This document shows, in pieces, positions 48,663 through 58,000 of a stretch of DNA of 64,000 nt. The stretch lies in assembly GCA_041675145.1 (NCBI GenBank), contig JBAYUK010000002.1, positions 24,530 to 88,529 of the forward strand, given 5' to 3'. The notes beneath the pieces are model-generated. The model was not told the origin of the DNA. It saw only the letters and a list, made by a program, of their open reading frames with translations, and ran no database searches. How positions within the stretch are numbered: the stretch's first letter is position 1; every line of letters begins with the position of its first letter. Source of the stretch: Patescibacteria group bacterium (GTDB lineage: Bacteria > Patescibacteriota > JACPGU01). The position numbers and the translations under genes were made by a program.

Positions 48663-48968
48663 ATGGAAAGAATACAAAAACTAAAAGCAAAAGACATACG
48701 TCTCAAAAACATACCAAAGGCCGCCACAGAAGCGGCCTTTGTGTGTGCTGAAGCAAAAAAGATTTTAAAAAGATTATTCTCCCCTGAAATGGTAAAAGGC
48801 ATCACGGTAGTTTCGTACCAAAGTGGGGTATTAAAAATAAGCGTAAAAGGGAACGCGTATGCCCAAGAGTTAAAAATGAACCAGGAGAGCTTCTTACAAC
48901 ACATAAAAGAAGTAGCTCATATTACCCAACCTCTAGTACTACGGTTTACTCACACCAAAGAGGATTAG
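48663..48968 (+). CDS. DUF721/DciA-like protein
   Basis: 101 aa with 'ITVVSYQSGVLKISVKGNAYAQELKMNQESFLQHI'. It has the position and size of DciA, downstream of dnaN. Confidence 0.5.
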   Translation: MERIQKLKAKDIRLKNIPKAATEAAFVCAEAKKILKRLFSPEMVKGITVVSYQSGVLKISVKGNAYAQELKMNQESFLQHIKEVAHITQPLVLRFTHTKED

Positions 48969-49061
48969 GGTCATTTATTGACCCAAACAAGCCAATATTG
49001 TATAATAAACACTGGACAGAGATTGTTCTTTAAAAAATACGAGAGAAGGTAGGAAAAAACC

Positions 49062-50141
49062 GTGCAGAAAAAACACTGGATTATCGGACTCACCCTCAGT
49101 TTCATGCTGAGTTTCTTGTTGGGAGGAGTATCTCAGGCTAAAATCAACTACACCCCCATCGTTAACCCCAAAAACCCAGCCATGTTCGCCAAGATTTTAA
49201 ATAGGTTGGAGTACCCTCGCTCCGGCGAGAGTATTGGCCACCAGGCTGTGGTTTCGACAGACGGAGGAAGGACGTACTTCCAAGTAAGTTGGAAACCAGT
49301 TTATCCATTTAGGCCAAGAGAGGGAGTTAGGCTGTTAGTTAAGGAGGTCATCTATGTGTCTTGGTCTCCTAGCGGCAGATACTTGATGGTGGTTACACAA
49401 AGCCATATAGATGGAGAGCCGTTGCAAGTTGACACAACAGACATCAACTCAGACAAAGAGGGATGCGAAGCACGTTCACTCGGAGTTTATGACTCAACCA
49501 CTAAGCTTATCTATTGGTTTGAAAGAGACTACATAAACGTCGCGAAGAGCAAGATGTATCCAGAGAATTGTGAAGATGTGATTAGTCCTAAATGGGTGGG
49601 GCCAAACAAGCTCCAATACATTCAGGATAAGTCATGGGGCCAAATGTCACCTCTTGGGTATGGTGGTCCTTCTAAAGGGTTGGTTAAGATAGAGATGCCA
49701 AAAGAGCTTCCTTACGATGCAGTGGAAAGTGCTGGACCAATGGCGGCATTTCTATCTCTTCGGTTAACGAAGATTTTGGAGTCGAAAGATAAAAAAGCCT
49801 TAGAGGAGTTTATTTACCTCCTTGATACAGGTCCAGAAGAGTTTAACTACGACGAGCCTCTTGATGTGATTATGAAATACTCAGATCAGTGGGGGAAAGA
49901 AGTAAAAGTAAGAACGATTGAGGTTGGAAGGGATGACGGCGAAGACCCAAAAACACATCATACCTCAACATATTCCACTGCGAGGTTTAACCTGGCTTTT
50001 AGTAAGCCAGTGGAGGGGGATGAATACCCGCAGTTGGAGATAGTTGGGTTTTCCTGGTCTAGCCAATATAGGTGGTGGATTCCTGAAGTCAGTTATGAGG
50101 ATGATTCCTCGATTGAGTTTGAGGAAGAGAGTCCTGAGTAG
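49062..50141 (+). CDS. hypothetical secreted protein
   Basis: Signal peptide, then a 330-aa domain with no recognisable motif. Confidence 0.5.
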   Translation: MQKKHWIIGLTLSFMLSFLLGGVSQAKINYTPIVNPKNPAMFAKILNRLEYPRSGESIGHQAVVSTDGGRTYFQVSWKPVYPFRPREGVRLLVKEVIYVSWSPSGRYLMVVTQSHIDGEPLQVDTTDINSDKEGCEARSLGVYDSTTKLIYWFERDYINVAKSKMYPENCEDVISPKWVGPNKLQYIQDKSWGQMSPLGYGGPSKGLVKIEMPKELPYDAVESAGPMAAFLSLRLTKILESKDKKALEEFIYLLDTGPEEFNYDEPLDVIMKYSDQWGKEVKVRTIEVGRDDGEDPKTHHTSTYSTARFNLAFSKPVEGDEYPQLEIVGFSWSSQYRWWIPEVSYEDDSSIEFEEESPE

Positions 50142-50173
50142 ACAATCTTGAGGTAAAACGAATACCTGTTTAT

Positions 50174-50200
50174 GGGGCCGAAAGGCCCCTTTATTTTTTT
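50174..50200. terminator. bidirectional terminator
   Basis: ggggcc-gaaa-ggcccc followed by tttatttttttatt. Confidence 0.7.
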
Positions 50201-50201
50201 A

Positions 50202-52073
50202 TTAAAACCCGTTAGTTGAAAAGTGCCAGCAATCTGAACCTGAATCATCATTTACATACAGACCGTTTTGTTTGGATTGTAGTACGGGGTCGCAAGCCTT
50301 AAAGATATATACTCCATGTTTTTTTAATGTCTCTGCGACAACTTTATCACAGTTGTGGGAGTCGCAGCGTTTTCCTTTAGCTCCGTCTATATCTACTGCT
50401 TCACCTAGTTCATGTATTGAATATCCTGGTACCGCCGTTCTTCCTAAGTCACAAGTCATGGTTCTTTTTGAATAATCATCCTCCTCTTCTTTAGATAATT
50501 TAGGTATGGCCGGGCATCCACTCAAATTCCAGGCATCTCCCTGATCATTTTTAGTCCTAAAAGCAGCACGAATAACAAAACATCCCTTACACTCAGGGTC
50601 ATCCCAAGCTGATTTTAATTTAGCTAGAAAGTTGCTGTTGATGTATAGTTTATCTACTTCCTTTTTTGAACTCACCATGTTTGAGGGTACCGCGACTATG
50701 TTGTACTTTTTGCTGTCTAGGGAAGAGATAGTATATGTGAATTTTTTTGACTTACCATCTACTGTTCTAGTCTTAATATATATCTTCTGAGAACTATTGG
50801 GTGTAAAGTTTGCCCACACCCCGTTTGGGTTATACTTTACCCAGGTTTTGACGCTTGTTGGGTCCGCTAATTGAAAGTGATTACAATCCCCGTTGGGATA
50901 CCTAGCAAAAGCTGCGTGACATAAGTTAATTAGTCCATGTTTGGCCATAATCTCCTCTATCCTATCATTACACCCTCCGCTATAGTAGATTCTTGGGCTA
51001 CTACATCCTGGGAATCCGGCTATGTCTGCTGCGAGACCAGAATAGTGGCGGCTACCTTCGGTGTGACCACCGAGATCAGTTCCAGAAAAAACAGTTATAC
51101 TTAGGCCATCGGTAGCGTTAATTTCAGCAAAGGCTGCAGTTAGTGCGTCACCAAAAGTGGTATCAAAATATAACTCCAACTTTTTATTATTGTAAGTAGG
51201 TAGTTGACTGGTGGTGTAATGGATTCTTTGGCCCGAAGGTTTTAAGTAGGACCCACTAAATGGTTCAGTATTAGCTACGCGCTCACAACTACCTTCACCA
51301 GACATAAGGGCATCATATTTTGCTTTAATCCTGGCCCACCCCTCTTGTGCTTCTTTGAGTTGTTTTTGCTCATTTTTTCCTCCGTGACCATGATACCCGT
51401 CTATGTATGCTTTTTTAAAACTACCATCAAATCCATCTCTGCCTAGTTGGTAGTTAAGATAGGCAGCAGCAGCTAAAATGGATTTCTTAGCATCAAATCT
51501 TCCGTCGGGTTCGCTACTACTAGGCCCGTGTTTTACTCTAAACGCTTCTTTTTCTACTTCCGTTATATTGAGATTATCTACTGCCTCTACTTTGTATACC
51601 TTACCGAAGATGTCTTTAACGTTGTTGTCTGCGTTAGCTGTCTTAAATACAAATTGTCCCAGGCCTATTGCTCCACTAGAGGAGATAGCATCTTCCTTCC
51701 AGTTAGCAGACTCGTGTTCTATAAGCGCTATTAGTTGGGCTTCGTTAACACTAGGGAACTCTTCTACCGCTGCCTTAATGTCTGGCATGTACTTTGCGTA
51801 CACCTCTCCTGTTCCAGTACAACTCACTTGGCCTTCGCCTTCGCTGAGTGTCCCGAGTCTATCACATAAAGTTGAAAACTCACTCACTGTTCCGACAGTT
51901 CCCAGTGTTACGACATTGATGAGTTTTACAATTCCGCACGATTTTTGCGCAAGATTAGCGGCAGCACCAAGAAACACGATAGCCATTGTAAATAAAATAA
52001 GAGCTACCGCGATCGGTATGAGAATTACAATAAATCCTTTTTGGTTGTTTTTTCTAGTATTGAATATGGACAT
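50202..52073 (-). CDS. membrane-anchored multi-domain peptidoglycan hydrolase (SLT lytic transglycosylase + two LAS/M15-like peptidase motifs)
   Basis: N-terminal transmembrane helix. SLT motif 'LIEHES...AIGLGQF'. Two SxHxxGxAxD motifs: 'SRHYSGLAADIAG' and 'SIHELGEAVDIDG'. Its start overlaps the stop of the giant ORF by 20 nt. Confidence 0.7.
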   Translation of the reverse strand: MSIFNTRKNNQKGFIVILIPIAVALILFTMAIVFLGAAANLAQKSCGIVKLINVVTLGTVGTVSEFSTLCDRLGTLSEGEGQVSCTGTGEVYAKYMPDIKAAVEEFPSVNEAQLIALIEHESANWKEDAISSSGAIGLGQFVFKTANADNNVKDIFGKVYKVEAVDNLNITEVEKEAFRVKHGPSSSEPDGRFDAKKSILAAAAYLNYQLGRDGFDGSFKKAYIDGYHGHGGKNEQKQLKEAQEGWARIKAKYDALMSGEGSCERVANTEPFSGSYLKPSGQRIHYTTSQLPTYNNKKLELYFDTTFGDALTAAFAEINATDGLSITVFSGTDLGGHTEGSRHYSGLAADIAGFPGCSSPRIYYSGGCNDRIEEIMAKHGLINLCHAAFARYPNGDCNHFQLADPTSVKTWVKYNPNGVWANFTPNSSQKIYIKTRTVDGKSKKFTYTISSLDSKKYNIVAVPSNMVSSKKEVDKLYINSNFLAKLKSAWDDPECKGCFVIRAAFRTKNDQGDAWNLSGCPAIPKLSKEEEDDYSKRTMTCDLGRTAVPGYSIHELGEAVDIDGAKGKRCDSHNCDKVVAETLKKHGVYIFKACDPVLQSKQNGLYVNDDSGSDCWHFSTNGF

Positions 52074-55000
52074 AGTCTTTCATATAGTCACTTTGATGTA
52101 CTCCTTTTACGCCACGAGAAAACGGTAGGAATCCATGTACGAGAGTAGCTAAGTCTGCTTGTGGATCTTTACTCCCGTTATCTTGAACCCCGTTAAAGAA
52201 GTCCACATCCTCTTGTCTAAAGGTTCCTATCACAGGAGGTATAAGGGATGTATTTCTTGTTCTTTCTCCAACTCGTAACATATCGTTTATGAGTAGTCTC
52301 GTATTGGCTTTTGCCCACTGCTCATACATGGCGTCATTTTCCTTACAGAACATCTTCCAGTTGATTGCATCGATATTAGACATGAGCGGGTTTTCTTCAT
52401 TGATGAGTGGAACATCCTGGAAGCAGGTCATTTGGTTCTCGATCTTAGAATAGCCAAAGACGATGGTATATACCGCAAATGCAATACTGATAGGGTTTGG
52501 CGCTATAACGGCTGAGATGACCGCTGAAAGAGACCCAGGGGGTAGTCCTAGTTGCGCATCAGCCTTAGCAAGTTGCTTAGAAAAGACCAGTAAAGCAACT
52601 GAGGCTATATCTACCTTGGTTACTTGCTTTCCTTGAGCAATCTTTTGCCCTAGATCGTAGACGGTTTGCGTAGAACCTTGTGGGAGTCCGAGCTGTTTAT
52701 CTACTACCGCACCGATTTGAGCACGAGCAAAGTCACCAGCAAAGTTAGTAAACTCCTTGCTCTTAAGCTTACTTGTGTTTCCTGTGGCAGCGTAGTATAT
52801 ATACTGTGCAGTTCCCGAAGGCAGGGTGATGTTTGTGTTTTTACTTAAGTTTTTTTGCAGGATGCCATTAAGCTTGGTATCAAAGTAGCCAAACATTGCA
52901 TCGCGTCCTGCGTTATCAAGCTTATTATTTTGGAACCTGTCTGGATCAGAACTAGTAGCAAGTTTTTCTATTACACCTACAGCGACTGAGCCTAGAACGC
53001 TCTTTTCTTTTACTTCTTGGATGAACGCTATATCTTGTACTGCGTAGGTTAATGCATACGACAATAACATGTTATTGCGTTCTCGATCAGTACCGCTAAA
53101 CATAATCTTACTGAAGTTTGGTGGCGGAGGAGGGAGGTTGTTTTTGATGGCTGCGGTAGCAAGCTGTGCATCCAGATATTTAAACTGTAAGTTGCGACGA
53201 GAGTTTGGAATGAGTTTATTTTCGTTTTCTTGAATAGATGAATCTAGACTATCTAACAAGTCTTTGTTATCTACATTATCTTTTTCGTTAAGGCGACTGC
53301 GAACCCCTTTCTCAAGACACTGATCTTGAGTTGCTTCATCTAAACATGTTGCCGTACCACCAAAGAGCTTTGCGGCTTGTGCTTGCTCGCGAACAAATTG
53401 GTCGGTAGTTTCTTGACGTATTTTAAGGCGAGAGGTAGTGCTTCCATAGGTGGCATCCATAATCTCTTGGTAGCCAATTTGGAAACCTGGAGGAAGAATT
53501 TGGTACTCTACTTTTTGTTGCCCGTTTTCTTGTTTTTTAATTTGCGTTGCGTTGACTTGGTTTACGCCAAAAGCAATACCAATAATAGAGAGGATACGAG
53601 TATCTCCTTTAAGTAACGCTCCTAGGTCTGCTTCTGGAACACTTACTCCTTGAAGTCTAGTGATTGTTTTTCCATTTTCTTCTACCTTTATTTCTGTAGC
53701 ATTACGAATTGTATCTCCAAGTATTTTCTTTGTTACAAAATCAAAACAACTCGATCTTTTTTGAACACGACCAGTCTCACCAAAAGTAAGATCATACTCT
53801 TTGTATTTCCTTAGATCTTCATTGTATTGTTCAATTCTCTTTTGGTGCTCAGAAACAGCCACGGTACTTAATAGCTGTTCTGAAGTAAGCTCTGGAACCG
53901 GTGCTGGTTTTTTAGCAACTGGAATTGCAGCAACAGTACCTGCACTACATGAGCTAGATGCTTGGAGTGCATTTGCGTGTATGGGGTAGTCGTACCCTTC
54001 GTCGGTTGCATCGCTCTTATTTAAGCCCTGTGCAAACGGTGCAGAAAAGCCTGGAATCGAGTACTGCATAAGAAGGGCAAGATCATTATAGAGACTTGCT
54101 TGTGGGTTGTTGGCGCTTAACTTTGGCCCCAGGATTGCCTCAGATGCTTCACGAATTCCCTGACCCATAAGGATAGATTTTGCAAGGTCTCGGTTCATAA
54201 GGATGTTTTTCATCGTACCTGGATTCCAGCCTATTTGGTCGTCGATATCGTAGTGGCCGATATTTTTAATTGCGTTAAGTAATCCTACCTGAGTGCTTGG
54301 ATCATTTAATCTGTTCTTGTCTTGGAGAAGAGAAGTAAAGTTCACATAGCCGTTGATGATTTTTCCGATCTTACCCTGGCCTTCTTCATCCGAAACAAAG
54401 TACGCGGCCATCTGTTCAGGAGTTAGTTCGTCAAACTGATGCGTACGCACAAGTTCTATGTACTGGGCTATGGTTATTTGGCCTGTTAAAAGTTTTTTAG
54501 TTGGATGTGATTGATCAGCGATACTACCTATCTTAAGCCTTGCGTCTATAGTATCTGCTCGAGCGTTATTTGAAGATCCAAAGATTGGTTCGTTCCAGTA
54601 GCTCTGATCGTTAAATGTTCCGCTCTCGACAAAGACAGCCTGAGAAATAAACGAGCGAATATCGTTGTCGTTCATGCTAGCGTCGGGAGTGTTTATTTTA
54701 AAAGATTTTGTAAACTGACGAACACCGTTACTTTGCATAACACTACTGATGCTTTGGTTAGGGTTAAATGATCCAGGCTTAAGACCAAGTACTTCCTCTA
54801 TTTGTTTTTGAGCAAAGTTTTTTGTGAATTCTCCTTTAATTGGGATTTTAATACCAAGCTGAGATTGGAAGCCGAGTAGTATTCCAAGTTCTGCAGGAGG
54901 TATCAGAGCAATGAGTGCTTTTTGTTGGAGAGTATCGCTATCTCGTAGGCCGTCAACGACGTCATTACAATCAAGGTTATGTTTAGCGAGAATGTTTTGT

Positions 55001-58000
55001 ATTGTTTTAACTTCTGTTTTGTTGTTAACACGAATAGTGTCTTCACTTAGTTTAATGCCTGAAATTTGTTTACAAACATTATTCTCTAGGTGATTCTTTA
55101 GGTTGCTAGCCGATGCAAGTTTCTTGTAGTCGTCGATGGTAATACTATTCTTCAATAATTTTTCAGTGGTGTGAGTAGGTAAATGTAGTATTGTATCTAC
55201 TCCATTCTCTCCAGACATAGCAGTAGTGAGTTCGGTAAACTCTGAAAAATTAGCATTAGATAAGCCGTACAGACTGAGTGGATCTGAGTAGTTGTTGGCC
55301 GCTGTTCTGTTTGGCTGCATATGGAATAGCGCAATAACTATTTGTTCTGCAACGCGCATATCTGCCCTAGCAAACTTTGTGCCATAGTCGTAGCTTGCAC
55401 TAAATCCAAAGAGTGGCAAGAAACGATCCTCAGCATCAAGTCTTGTTTGAATTCCAGCATATGGGTTTTCGCTATTACTTTGCGGAAGTCCAAGGTTTCT
55501 TCCGAGGGTATTTGCAAGCTCATCAAGTGAGTTACCGCTAAACCAAAAGGCAGGAAGAGTACTAGATGGGTCTAAAATCCTTTCCGCTAGCTGTCTTCCA
55601 TTATCTTGTACTTGGTCTGGGGTATCAGAAGGTTTTCCAGGCATAAGGAGCCCGACTGTTGCGTTGTATTCATTTGGAGTTATTGTTTGCGCAAAGAGTT
55701 TTGCAGTAAGTCCTGTTAAGCCAGATCTAACTTTCGGCGATTCACCAATGGCTCTAATTAACTTCTCATCAACCGCGTTAGTTATGGCACTATCTTTTAC
55801 AGGACCAGTAATAGTGAAACGACTTCTTAAGATATCTGTTTTGGTGGTTTGGATAGCAGTAGGAGTTGTCTGACCTAGGAGACGCAAAATGTTTTTAGCA
55901 ACACCGGTAAGATTTTCTCCATCAAACCAGCCAGCAGGAAGTGAGTCTTGTCCTGATAGATCACGCACCATAGTGTCTATTTGTGCTTTATAGGGGTTTG
56001 TGGGGCTGTAGAGGGCTTGTTCTATGCTTATCTGCCCCATATGTGAGCGAGCATTGTCTGAGACGGCTATACTGCCTGCTATACCTACGATATGTGCAAG
56101 CGTATCCTTGCCATTTGCTGCTAGTATATTTTCTAGACAACTTTCGTTTACCCCAGCTTCGTTGGTTATCTGACACTCTAAACTTGGGTTGTCTACCATT
56201 GCCTTGATGGTTCCTAGTGGCATTACTAGACCCTTATCTAGTTTTTCAGCACCAATCTTTATTGCAATAGGGAGTAGGTTTCCATTTAAGGTATCGATGA
56301 TATCTATTCCAGATAATTTGTAGCCTGAAACAGTCACGCCTAAGCTACCGGATATTTCGTTAGCAGATTTATGCTTTACTACTAGCGACCCTATCCGCTT
56401 TGAAAATTCTTGCGGTGAAATATCTTGCGAGAAAAGTTGCGCAGATAGTCCGTTGATGTCGTTTAGTTGTTCTACTGATATACCAAAACTTTTTATTATT
56501 TTATTATCCATTGCAGCGGCAGGTGCATAATCTCGAGGGGAGAGTGGGAGTGTACTATACCGTTCATCTAGAAGGTCTAGCTTTGTGGTGTATTCTGTGC
56601 CAAAGGCGTAGTTCTTTTCGTCGTACCCGAATGCATTTAACATTCTGTTTTCCGATTCTATACCAGCCGCAAACGCAGCAGAAAAATCTCCGTTCGGTAA
56701 ATTAAAACGCGTGATATTCTTACTACGAATATCATCTAGTGTATTTCCGTCAAACCAGTTTTTACCAAGTTTACCGTTTGGATCAAAAACTTTTTCTATA
56801 TACTTTTGTCCTATACTAATTAACTGCTTTTCAGTCGCTGTTCCTTTGATACTTGTTTTGTTTGGATCGTTATTGTTTGAGTTATTTGGACCAAGATTCA
56901 GCGCTTCCATAGTGAGCTCTAAGACGCCTGCAGGAATATCAAATTTTTCTTCAAGTTTCTTCATTCCCATAGCGAGTGCAACTTTCTCGATGGTCTCTTC
57001 ATTAGACTCATTGTTTGAAAGAAGTAAGCTTTGTATGAGGGGATCAGTACATATCTTTTTATCTTTTATGAGTTTATTTTTTTGCGCAATAAGTCCTGCG
57101 TTTGCAATGTCATTAACTTTAAGTTTTAGATTGTCCTCGCGTTTACTAATTGCTTTCATTTGTTCAGCTATCTTTTTCTTGTCTACAGCAACTGGGTTTC
57201 CGTTGCTGTCGTAACTAGCCGATTCATAAGCAACTTCTTTTTCAGCTTCAATATTTGCAAGTTGGTCTTGCAGTCTGTTTAGTTCTTGTGCGCGACGGTC
57301 ATCTGAGAGTTTTGCTATTTGTCCGGTGTCTGCTTTGATCTGTCCTATGTTAGTAAATACGTTAGTGCCATTATTGTTTATAAAAATGTCCGAGAAAGAG
57401 TCCTCGGGTACGAGGAATAAATCGGTCATACTTTTTTCAGTAATAAAAGTCCACTGGTCGATGGTGGCGATTTCAATAGTGAGCTGTTGCTTACTCACTC
57501 GGATAGATTCTTCTACTCTTTTTATATTTTGGTTAAGTAATTGTACTTGTCCGCTGTTTCCGCTTTTAGCACTCATGGTTAATTCATCAAGACTCTTCTT
57601 GTATAGTTCTAGTTCGGCTTCAAGTGCTTTAATCGTGTCTTTCAGTCTGGTAATTTCATTTTCATCTTTATTTAGGATGCGTTCACGAGTACGAATCTTG
57701 AATGTATCTAGTGCTTGGTAGTTTCCGTCGACATCAACCAAGCTAAATGCAAAACCGAGGTCATCAATTGGTGCTTCGTGAAACTCTAACCATGAACGCA
57801 CTACAAGACGGTCTTCGTCGTTGCTTGCCATTTTTTTAGTGAGTTCATCAAGGCCGATATTCTTCCAGGCACCTGTATAGTCTTGAATAATAAAAAGTTG
57901 ATCAACACTACCGTCTGGAATATCTAATATTTCATCTTGCTGGTTTGCATCATCGTTAGTGTTGGTGTAGGTACCGTTAGCGTTTAAAACAGCGCTCTTA